Source: Spizellomyces punctatus DAOM BR117 (Eukaryota). Taken from it: 64,000 nucleotides of DNA. The DNA lies in NCBI GenBank assembly GCA_000182565.2, contig KQ257456.1; one strand, written 5' to 3'. The notes beneath the pieces are model-generated. The model was not told where the DNA came from. It saw only the letters and a program-made list of their open reading frames with translations, and did no database searches. The number at the start of each line of letters is the position of its first letter. Position 1 is the first letter of the stretch. Of this stretch, positions 25,301-36,635 are shown in pieces. The position numbers and the translations under genes are program-made.

Positions 25301-28300
25301 GGACGACGTGCAATCTATATTTGATGACAACAATACTAGAGAGTGAAGACTCCACCATCGATGTGAACACAAAGGTTAATCTTGCGGAGGTCCCTGACTA
25401 CCCGACCTTAGCCAACCGTGAAACGGTTCAAGTCCTCTTGGCCATTATTTTTAATGACACGTACGCACCCAACAGAGAGAAGGCTTTCGAGCTTTTGATG
25501 CAGTTTCCTGCTCCGTTAGCTGGAATAGTGAGTGTGCGGTCGATCCAGACGTTGTTGGCAAAAGGCATTGCCTGGATTAGCAGTATTCGGTCCCATGAGA
25601 GTGACACAGGCGCTACGGTTGTTCGTTTGGTTTTTGCCAAATACGTCAAAGGAATGCAGATGTATCTAGACGTGGACACGAAGTTGAAACTTGCACGAGG
25701 GGGATGTCCTATGGGTAAGACTGCATACCTGGTACTGCAAAAGGTTATTCTTGGCCTAACAAAGTTCTGTAACGGTTGTTTAGCATACTTCGTGAAGCAG
25801 CTGATGGAGCTCTTGGCCAGGAATATCGACATAGCTGCGAAAAATCTCTACCTGAGCGCGTCAGGCCACCCCATGCATGGGTTATTCCGCGCTTTACAGT
25901 GGGTTTGAGTTCCAACTTGTTCAGTGACTGAATACCGAAAGACTTTCTTAATCTCCAGAAATGTATTGTTGGAAATTGATTTCGGCGCTGCCGCTATACA
26001 GGCGAACATAGAGGAATGGCAAAGGCTCGTTCGAGATATCATGAATCTCATCAAGTCTGGTTGCGATGCCGTTCTCTCCGTATGTGCTGATGAATCTCCT
26101 GGTGCGTTCAAAGTGTTTGAGGGCGGAACTATAAAATATACGCGCTCATTGTATCATTTAGAGGGGAATCTCCCTGCATCGTTTGCGGACATGCAGCAAA
26201 ACATGGAAGACTTGATTGTCGAAGCTGGTGCAGCCTCCAGCGGTCCCTATTCAGATAGAGGCAGTCAAGCGCAATTGATCCTCTATTCGTGTTTTCACAC
26301 GATCAAGGAAACAACAGCAGTCATTCAGGCTTTAATTTGCCGGACGCCTCTACCCCTTTCTCAAAGCGACTCTGTGAGTTACGATGAAGAAGATATTCAA
26401 ATTGCCGCCATACTGATTTGTCAATAGGAATCGCTCGTGACCTTCGAACAGATTGTTGAATCAGGAGATCAGTTGCGTACACTGTTAGCATCGGTTAGTT
26501 TTTTTTGTGGCTGTAGTTCCCACCTTATTATTTACGTAAGATTTGCATCAGATTCGTCATCGCGGTGCATTTTCAGCTGTGCATGTCTGCTTTGCAAGCG
26601 TGTGTGCAACACTGTTGTCATCTGGAAAAGAATTTCTTGTGGAGCTTCCCAAGGCCTGGTTGGATGTTGGTTTGATGAAGGTTCTGTTCTATGCGGTTGC
26701 GAGTGTAAGTACTCACGCGCATGTATTAGGGCTTCCTGGCACAAGTTGTATCTGTAGATGTTTCCATCACACGGAGAAGCGCTGGCCTTCCTCTAGGTGT
26801 ATTGGCAATTGTCAGCGCACCGGTCCCTTCGCGGAAGCTCCTGTTGACATCGGCTCTCAATAAGCTTTTTGCTATTGGCATGCAAGATGTACCTGCTCAT
26901 GCTAATGAGCGACTGGACCTGCCGCAGGTGTGTAATGCCTTGAGCGTGTGGCTCGATGTCAGGAATACCAAATGGAAGACTTCGAATTCATAGGTCCATG
27001 CGTACAATGTTATCAGAGCCATTTTGCAAGACGCCGAGGTGGCATCAGAAGTCAGAGATCACATTGGGGAGGCTTTCGCGTTGAGCATTAAAGGCTTCTC
27101 TTCTCGTAGTTTTCCTATCAGGAACTGCGCGGCGATGCTGTTTTCAACTTTGATCACAAAAGCTCTTGGGACTAAGGTACCCCGCCCCTATATCAACAAG
27201 GAAGGCAATTCGTAACTTAGTTTTGACATGCACAGAAATCACGGGACGAAATGAATATTGTAAATACGGTGACTGGACGGGAGTTCTTCGTTCGCTTTCC
27301 GAAATTGCATTCGCTGCTTCTGCAACAACTGACCGAGGCTGTTGAAAAACTAGAAGAGGTGCATGTTCATGTGTTCCCGAAATCGTTATATCATTTCTCA
27401 GACGTAGCACAATTTAGGGAGAGGTCCACCCAGCATTGTACCCTATTCTCACGATCTTGGCAAGATGTACGTGATGATTGCGTCTGACGGCTATGCACTT
27501 TTGATAATGTTGTTTCACATTGCCAGTGAAACCGTCCGTATTAGAAGGATCGGATACGCTGATGACACTCTCCGCTTTCGGAACTGTGGTTGCGCGATGT
27601 GCAATGGCAGCCATTTTTAAAGTTCGAGAGATGTCCGCCAGGGCGTACGCCCCCCTTATCCTCTCGTCAAATCTGATACCTTCAGTGGAAAGATTAATAC
27701 AGCAGGGAAAGTCTGCCTCTCAGAACCATCTACACGGGGCCCTTTTGCAAATACAATATTTACTTCGTGTGCACCTAGCGAGTGATGTTGCTGGGAAGGA
27801 TATACGGAGAGGTATAAGTTTTGTCGTGGGTAGGGTCCGGGATACACGGAAAGCTAACGGCCAAGTTCGATCAGATGCTACTATTCGGCTTCCTACTGTC
27901 TTCTTGGCTGCTTCTGATATCGCGCTAAATAATTCATGCCCGGTGACCAAGGCCCTTTATTTGTCGATAGTCACGGAATTCTTTATACAAGCCGCCTGGG
28001 TCCGGGATGAAGTGGACGAAGAAAATGGTGAGTTTTGTCCAATGAAAATCACTTTAATGAATCAAAGCTAACGAAGTCACGATCTACCTGCTTTTAGAGC
28101 TCGATGCATTAGCCACACAACACTTTGTAAATATTCGTCAAACTTTTCGAGATTATGCATTAGAAGCTTTGCGACGGGATGGGGAGGCGGCTTTTATGGG
28201 CTACTCAGTCCGCCGAGCGCAAGCTCTGTTGGTGCTCCGATGCCTTGCTGTCTGCCCACCTAATGCTGATCAAGGCACCCGTATAATTCTGGATCTTTTG

Positions 28301-29709
28301 GATGATCGAGAGTATGAGGTTCAGCTCGCGACTATTGGTTTCATCAAAGACCATATACATACCAACACTTGGTGAGATGAGACATATCTGGCAGTTTGTT
28401 TACCTTTCCTGACATTCTTATATCTCTCAGCGTCAATATTACCTCAGCACAAATAAAACAGAAGCTTAGGTCGTTGGTGTTGTCCGCTTCTGTGTACTAC
28501 CAGGTTGTTCAAGAAGCTGCTAAGCTTCTGGTTCAGATGGAGCTGTCGGATCCGTCAGATGGTCCTATCGAGTTGGAGAATTTTGCGAACTCTATTCTGC
28601 AGGTCCTGTCGAGCAGCCCAAAACCACACCTAGCTGAATCCATACTTCCTCTTCTTGGAATGGAAGTTCATAAAGTGAGCTGAGGACGAGAGCAGTGTAC
28701 GATGTGTAGAGGCTGATCAGATATTGGCGAATAGGTTCATGTGGCGCCGGAGGCCCTGCAAGACCCTCAGACGCTATCGACTTCTTACGTGAAGATAATA
28801 CAGTTTTGGTGCAGAGATGAACAACCATTAGCTGTGCGGGCATCCGTGGTCACAAGTTTGCAAAACGTGATACCAGTGATCGATAGACTGGAGGAGTCCA
28901 ATGTCGTTGATATTTTATTCCTGCTGGATCAATTACTACAAGATGATGACCCTGACATTCGAGAGTGCACTGCCCGGATCGTATCTTCTATGCTGAAATT
29001 CAAGGTATAGTACACATACAATTTGTCAACTTACGACAGTGCTTCGGTGCTAACCTCAATTTCCAGCAACCAGTGACAGCTTCGCGATGTCGCACTTTGT
29101 TGGGGTTCCATATCGCCACTCACCCGTGGGCTGGTGGATTTGAACTAGTTGTGGAAAGGTTTCAAAAAGTGCTCTTAAATCATGACATTAGTATGTTGAT
29201 TTTCAGGTCCACATCCATCCTCGACTCCATTGTCTAAGATGTATTCTTTACCACTAGAAACCATATTAGCAGGCGAGTCCCAATCGACCGACGTGCTTTT
29301 CGCCCAGGAGGAGCACAACTCACGCCGCGAGGAGTTTGTTGACATGGTCCTTGCGTCCGCCTGCCTCAAGCGCTTATTCGCGAATCAAACCATATCAGCC
29401 TCCTGCGGAAAACTGATGATCAAGTTCACGTGCAACTGGGTCCGGACAGCGATGATGGACATTAAACGGGCAGCAGCAGCGTCATTTGATGCAACAGAAT
29501 TTTTCAGCCGACCTCGGGTCTTTGGGTGTGTTGCGAGTGTGATAAATGCTGCGTTCTTCCTGTCCCATGTGGGAAGCATGGACGGTGAAATTGTGATTGG
29601 GCAGATTCGTGAAATGGAATATTTGCATCCCAATTTGAAAGCAATGGCTGCTGGAGGGCAGAAAGGGAAGTTGATAAAGTCTATTTGTCTCGGTGAGGCA
29701 AATATGTAG
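22301..29709 (+). CDS. THADA: THADA/Trm732 armadillo-repeat protein (DUF2428), tRNA 2'-O-methylation cofactor of Trm7; many introns
   Basis: Family motifs across exons: WEDPIDTVQHK, SQSPEFRQ, FPGCSFQR, ESPEGNLP, IRHRGAFSAV, ITRRSAGLP, VHAYNVIRAILQD, REFFVRFPKLH, LQDDDPDIRE. Confidence 0.9.
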
Positions 29710-29929
29710 GGTCAAGGCAATTAGATAGACACCAGTAGTCAGATTCAATCATAGATTCTCTAAAATATTATTGTAAGATAGGCAAAGGCTATCCCTCTAA
29801 GTCAAGTCTGTGATAATCAACTCGTCATGATCAAACTAAGGTGCAATGGTTCTGCTTGTATTTGGAATCATAAATCATGCAATGTGCTTACTTCAGCGAT
29901 CGGCAGGCCACAGGTGAGATTGATACAAT

Positions 29930-31569
29930 CTATAATTTCGACCCGATAATCGTGCTCTGTCGCTCGTAGACCTGTCTATATAGTGAATCTGCCGGGGCTT
30001 GTCCTACATGACTAGATAAATTCTTGACCACAGCCATATCCTTGCTAATATCTTTAATCGAAGGAGTCCCCATTAGTCTCATTACCATTTCCAACTCGTC
30101 CCGCAGCAAGTCAATCAACCGTTCCACGCCCGGCTGACCGTATGTAGACATGGCATACAGGAAAGGCCGACCCAATCCGACACCTTTGGCACCTAACGCC
30201 AACGCCTTGAATATATCCGTTCCCCTGCGGAATCCCCCATCTACATACACTTCAAGGCGATCTGTTAGCCCAGCCTCTTTCAGATACGTCATTACTTCCT
30301 CCAATATTTCGATTCCCGACCGTGCTGTATCCAATTGCCGTCCACCGTGGTTCGAAACAACAATCCCTGCAACACCTGCTTTTGCTGCTAATACTGCATC
30401 CTCGCCTCTTTGGATACCTTTAAGCACGATAGGCATTTTGGTGATGCTCTTAAACCACTCGATATCATCCCAGCACAAACCGGGATCTATGAAAGAGGAT
30501 ATTGCCCGCGCAGCACCCTCATTTCGATTTATGGACTCCTTGCCGTCCCTTTGAACGTCTGGCGCGTCATCGACAAATTTTGTCCGCATGTCTTTTTCGC
30601 GCCGACCGAGTTGAGGTGCATCCACAGTTATGAAAAGACCTTTCACACCCTTGGATTCTGCGTGACGGACTAGACGCTCAGTTATTTTTCGATCTAGTAA
30701 CAGTGTATGAGTAAGCCATCGTTTATCCTTCTTCATACCGTAATTAGGGCCGCTCACCACTATTAACGTAAAGCTGAAACCACTGGGTTTGCCCAGTCGC
30801 CCTCGCAGCCACCATCTCATCCAAGGAACAGCTCGCTAGAGTCGGCATCATCTGCACAATTTGCCTCGTCCCCGCAGCTCGTGTCAAGACCACCTCGCCC
30901 TCACGATGACCAAGCTTTCCCAAGGCCGTGGCAGATATATACAAAGGCAACGACGAACGCGTCCCCAACATCGTGGTGGAAGTATCTACTGTACGGACGT
31001 TGACCAATACTCGAGGCCGCAACCATATTCTGTGAAACGCTGCATGATTTTCTTGCAGTGTCAATTCATCATCAGCCCCTGACGAGTAATATGCCCATCC
31101 CTCTGGTTTCATTGTTCGGCGAGCCACTGATTCAAAATCGAACGCATTCAGTATTGCCGACAAGCTTGGTTTCTTCGTCATATTCAGCGCTTTTGCGTCA
31201 GGGCTTTCTTCAACGGACTTCTCAGGAACGGTCGTAGGATCCACATCACCTAAGTAGAGTTCCTTGGGAAGAAAGCGATCAATGATATCCTTTGGATGGA
31301 TTGGTTCAAACGCTTCTGTAGCATCCTTTCCTGCTTGTTTAAGGATGGGCTGTCCAATTGAAAATATTAGAGTACATAATGGTTAAGAAGGTGATAAGAC
31401 AAAGCAAAATGCAAATCAGGCGGCCCTGCAGCTTACTCACACCAACGCCTCCTGGATGTTCATTCAGAAAAGGGCCCAAATTATATACTTTTCCGTGTAT
31501 AATGCACCAGCAGTCTTCTTTCGTGTTATGTTTAGCAACGTCTGCAAAGGATATGAGTCGATGGGGCAT
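29930..31569 (-). CDS. flavocytochrome b2-like L-2-hydroxy acid dehydrogenase (cytochrome b5 + FMN-dh domains) with C-terminal SKL
   Basis: b5 domain: [21 protein letters not shown]...HPGG. FMN domain: [63 protein letters not shown]. The protein ends in GSKL*. Confidence 0.93.
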
Positions 31570-32141
31570 CTTTTTACTCCACACTACGAAACAGCATTCA
31601 GTTGCGATGATGGCAAGCTCTGTACAGGGTGTTGGGGTGACAAGGGCTGACGCAAGCGCGCGATGTCACAGTCGAACGTCCAGCAGCACGTGATCCCCAT
31701 TAATCAGACACCACAATTATTCAGATTCACATGAAGATAAACAAAGACCGCCCTTGCGTAGGAATGTCTGTGATGTTCCCCTAATTATTAACCAGTCTAA
31801 TTCTGGTTTACTAGGATTTGAACATCCTCCAAGCGAAAACCTTTGGAATCATGCTGGTGGGCGCTAGTTACCACAGTTAGACGACTGGACGATGTATTGC
31901 ATGTAAAACTATGCGCTTTATCCGAGTTGGTTCTCACCATGTCCAAGTGGTTCAACCCGTACTGGTATATTGTGTGCGACATTGATTATTGCTATTGTTC
32001 TATCACTACTGTGAATGCTATCCCTAATAAGCCGGGGGGCGACATGCCAGGTCACCTTGCTACCTAATAATATACTTGCATGAAACTATCTATACACCAC
32101 GCACGACGAGTGCTGGCGCAGATCGTCCAATAGTCGTTGGA

Positions 32142-33115
32142 CTATTGCTTTTTCTTGCCGGCCTTTTCCCTGTCTCTTCTTTGGTAGATCGATGCAGTGA
32201 ACGGTCTATGTATCAAAATTGAATATGAGTTTACTGGGACTTCCGATGCGCACCGCAGAAACAAACACGTACCCTTCAAAGCATTCGACGGCAACAATGT
32301 ACACAATATAGACAACTCCGGTAAGCACAAGACCTGCCGGGCTACCCCGCCTTTATGATTTTCCAACAGGTTGAGTTGAGTGCGTTGCAACTAGCTGCAG
32401 TGCTCAATCTATCTTACCACAAAGCACCCCCCAAGAAGCACAGAGTCGATCCAAAGTACATGGGATTTTCTAGGACATTAAACGGGAATCCAGTAACACG
32501 CTGGTCCATAAGAATACCAAAGTAATCCCCTGATGATTTTCATATGGATAAATTTGCTTTCCTGGCAGCCTACACAATGCAGGATATGATACTCACCCAA
32601 GTACGTCCCCGTGATTCCTAGTTTATACATGCTGGACAACACAAGAACATTTCCAATAACGATGCTAATCGCTGCGTACACCTTCACGTAAAAATGCTCA
32701 AGGATGTGACTCTTTGGTTGGTGATCCATAGCAACGGTGAAGCTGTTAAAAGAATGATAAGCGGGGACACACATCATGCAATCATGAGAAATAGTCAGGC
32801 TTACAGGTAGTCCCGCAGCAATCCGAGCGTAAAAATAGTGAATGCGAGGAGATAGCAACCCCTCAATGGGGAGCCCACCATCCTTGTAATAGTATGTCTT
32901 CGATACTCTGCAGTGTCAAAGAGAGTTAGCCGGGTCCGGAGAAAATGAGGACAGAAGGTGCTCGCCTCCACCTCATCCCTACCATTTCGAGCGACAATAT
33001 TCCACATTGTTGGGTTAAACACGATGGAACCAGCACATATCCACAACGACGGGTGGGACCAATTTATTTCCGCAAGTGCTTGCAAAGCATTATCTACTGG
33101 GTGTCCAACGGCCAT
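32142..33115 (-). CDS. OPI3: phosphatidyl-N-methylethanolamine N-methyltransferase (PEMT/Opi3)
   Basis: [38 protein letters not shown]...[26 protein letters not shown]; ends in KKKQ (di-lysine-like). Confidence 0.92.
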
Positions 33116-34485
33116 AGTGGATAGGAGAACGAGCTGTGATAGTGTCGTAAACAAATGCTGATCTGCCTGTGCGAATGCCAATTGATCTCGGGCCGTCGAA
33201 CTGAAGATCTGCAGCGTGGGGAAATGGGGTCTGCTTACGTGTTATGATCACTCTTGGCCGCCAAGCCACATTTCCAGCTGCTCAGACGAACGCTTTACAT
33301 TCTGCTTTCAAGCAGTATCTTTACTGTTAGATGTTAGTTGAGGAGATATTGACAGTGGTGTTGCTTTGAGCCATTAATGCATTAACTTATTGTGAATGAT
33401 ATGTCCCATTTTGTTTGTTAAGCAATTCATTATATTTGAAGTGAAAATTGCAGCGTTCATCTAACCAACTCACAAGTTGACGAACTTTCTGCATAGCGTT
33501 CCAATCTGCTCTTTATCCTTGCCATCATTTTCAGCGTCAGATAATACATTGGTTATTTGCCACTTCGCCAAGCCAACAGTTATTGACCTCGACATCATAC
33601 CATGGTATGTCAGACCCAGAACTTGATTAGTAATCTAATCCTCACACACTTATAAACGAATGATATAAGCTGACGTTGCAAACCAGTCGCTTGCTACATA
33701 CTCGCCTGCTCCCCGTTCTTTACCCTTGTGGCCTTTATATGTTATATTACAACCAATTTCAATCCACATTCCGCTTCTTTTGCACTATGCCATTTCTGCT
33801 TACTTTCAGAACGCGGCCCACAGTAGGACAGATGGCACATGCAAGTTTCGTGGCAGCCGGATGAACGGCAGTAACGTGCTGTTGCCTCAATGGATGTTTC
33901 GGCGTGGGCCAGAAGTGAGCGATATCAAACCATGTAATAAACCATGTTAAGTTATGCGCCATGCAGTGTGCGATCGATATGTGCTGTTGATCGATCGTTC
34001 ACCTTGAACGCATGTCGTATCTGGCACAAGTCCCAACCAATACCAAGGCTTATTCTTGCCAAGACGTTGCGGATGAACCTCAATTGCATTGAGAAGCTTT
34101 ATTTCCAATTCTTCCCAGACTTCCCCACAGTGACAGTTTCATGTGGTAAGACCAGCTGACATAATCAAGTGATCATCCCCCCCTTTGGCTGGTGCATCCC
34201 CCTTCCTGGCAGGGCTTGAGAGCAAGTTTCGCAAAGCCTTTTCGTCTTACTCACACCTGTAGCAGGTCTTTTAAGCTGGCAATTTTCCTTTGAGCCTCAT
34301 CGGCATAACGAACGGGTCAGCGTGCACTTATTTGTCCATAATTCGCCTGCTCGGATATTAGTTCCATCTACAAAGTGTTACATTTGTGACTATTTTAAAG
34401 GACTGCGCTTTGAGGTACAGTGTTTCCCAAAAGTCTGATCATCCTTTCAACGTATGCTGGACAACTTTTGACACTCCTATTTGCG

Positions 34486-35657
34486 ATGACAGACCAAAAT
34501 AAAGAAAACATGGACACATCCCGTAAAACTTCCTGGCAGATCGCCCAGCCATTTGTCACTGGCGGACTTGGAGGCATGATTGCTACGGCTGTTATCCAGC
34601 CTGTTGATATGGTCAAAGTTCGCATGCAACTGGCGGGGGAAGGCACAAAGGTAAGTTTGGTTTACGGACGTGTCCATCGGGCGTAGGTTTGCCATATTGA
34701 TTTGGTGCTTACCATTGACCGCTGGGATAGAATATTCATCCAAACCCATTCCGTTTGGCGGCCGATATCATTCGGAACGAAAAGTTTACCTCCCTCTACC
34801 GTGGGCTCTCGGCCGGCTTGCTCCGTCAAGCCACATACACGACTGCTCGAATGGGTCTTTTCAACACCTTCCTTTCCTCAGCAAAGGAATACAATGGAAA
34901 TGATAAGGTCACTTTCTCACAACGTGCTCTAGCTGGACTTGCTGCTGGCGGCTTGGGTGCTATTGTTGGAACCCCTCCAGACTTGGCGTTGGTCAGGATG
35001 CAAGCGGATGGAATGCTTCCCGCTGCTAAACGTGCGAATTACACAGGGGTTAGCAATGCCCTGACACGCATCGTTCGAGAAGAAGGCTTTTTTTCTTTGT
35101 GGAATGGAGCTGGACCAACAGTCGCCAGAGCTATGGCACTTAATCTTGGCATGCTTACAACGTAAGCAGTTCGATTTGATGACATTTTGCTTGAGCCCGT
35201 CTCATAGCTGAATTCGCTCCTCAGCTACTCACATACGAAATCTGAGCTGGATCGCATCTTGGGTCCCGGTGCCCTCTCCAAGTTTGGCTCCTCTGCTGTA
35301 GCTGGATTCTTTGCTTCTTTCATGTCGCTTCCCTTTGATTTCATCAAGACAAGATTACAAAAGCAACGTCCCGATGTCCAGGGGAATATGCCTTACAAGG
35401 GTACCATTGATTGCGCGCTCAAAGTAATCAGGAACGAAGGTCCTTTGGCGTTCTATAGGGTGAGTATCTTTGCACCTAATCTTTTTGATCTTGTCACTAT
35501 TAACGCTTGCGCGCTGTTAAAGAGTTTCCCTGTGTACTATATCCGTATTGCACCACACGCAATGCTCACGCTTTTGATCGCTGATGGTCTGAATTCAGCA
35601 GTTGCTACCCTCGCCGCAGGAAGCACACGGCTGCGTAAAGAAGAGCAGCGAGTGTAA
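34486..35657 (+). CDS. mitochondrial 2-oxoglutarate/malate (dicarboxylate) carrier, SLC25A11-like
   Basis: Three carrier signatures (QPVDMVKVRMQ, TPPDLALVRMQAD, LPFDFIKTRLQ), plus GLSAGLLRQATYTTARMG and RIAPH. Confidence 0.92.
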
Positions 35658-35869
35658 ACTTCCTTCGTAACATCATTTACCTGTTTCATCCAGGGCCTGA
35701 CAGCAGAAAGTCTCAGCGGCCAGGGTTATGTAGATTTGTAGATTGCGATGACTTTCCAAAGTGTGGGCAAAATTACCAGAATAGTTTCAGTTGTTTTTCC
35801 TTTTTGTCCTTGCTATGTTTGCAACATTAATTCTTGGAATTTAAAGAAGTTTACTCGTACATCTGGGCG

Positions 35870-35960
35870 GCACAACTTACTGGATAGTGTATTAGGTGAC
35901 AGAAAATGGCACTAGCTACTACACCAGGGAATAAACCGGCGACAACCGGTTCGGAAAAGC
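35870..35960 (-). ncRNA. putative Fanzor omega-RNA: 76-nt scaffold (35960-35885) + ~15-nt flank-derived guide UCCAGUAAGUUGUGC
   Basis: GCTTTTCCGAACCGGTTGTCGCCGGTTTATTCCCTGGTGTAGTAGCTAGTGCCATTTTCTGTCACCTAATACACTA, with stems AACCGG/CCGGTT and GTGTA/TACAC. Near-identical to copy B and resembles the SpuFz1 omega-RNA as recalled. Confidence 0.72.
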
Positions 35961-36525
35961 AACTAGCTAGCCCTTACAACCAACCAACTACTACTGGGCC
36001 CAATTACACATGCAATACATTACGGTTGTTCTAACCGGGTAACTAAGCCCACCACACGAGAGAAATCCTACTAAGCCCTTGATTCCGAAATTCTTTAGTT
36101 GGAGGATGTTCAGATACTAATTAAACCAGAATTAGACTGGGAATACGGGCGTGGGAAAATCAGCAAGAAATACCTGCAATCGTTGCAGCATAGTAGTAAT
36201 AGTGTTTGCAAGGGGTTATGTTGTTGTTGTAGTCGGGAGGGCGAGGTCCTCGACACCAGAGTGGCATTCTCATGATGGACTGAGATGTGTTGGGCAGATG
36301 CTTGCGAGTCGAGGATGGGTAAAGAGGAAGGAGGGAAGAGACAGCAAAGGCCCCCCTTTTATAGACCTTCTGCATGCGCCTCACCGCAGTTTAAAAAAAA
36401 AAAACATTACAATACATGCCACACCGTGTTGAGCGATAGAGGGGGTGCTGATTATGCGATATGACTAACCGGAGTAATCCGGATAATAATGAGTTCTAGT
36501 GCCATTTTCAATCACCTCCACACTA
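35885..36525 (-). mobile_element. non-autonomous TIR element, putative Fanzor1 'ghost' locus (copy A)
   Basis: TA at 35885-86 and 36524-25. Left end TAgtgtggaggtgattgaaaatggcactag; right end (rc) TAgtgtattaggtgacagaaaatggcactag. Homologous to 57540-58281. No transposase or nuclease ORF. Confidence 0.85.
36357..36363 (-). promoter_or_regulatory. TATA box inside ghost element A
   Basis: GGTCTATAAAAGGGGGGCC on the minus strand, identical in both copies, ~85 bp upstream of the shared ATG. Confidence 0.55.
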
Positions 36526-36635
36526 TTGAAGTTGGCGAGTCATGACGGTAAATTGCACGCTGTTGCCATGCCAACAAGCTTATGTTGAGTATGCAATGTG
36601 CAATCTTGGCCAACGTCGTTAAGAAATTGGAATAA

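Noticed and set aside
33240-33620. Possible small spliced gene upstream of OPI3
   Set aside because: Only short frames and one donor-like site; no coherent gene model could be built.
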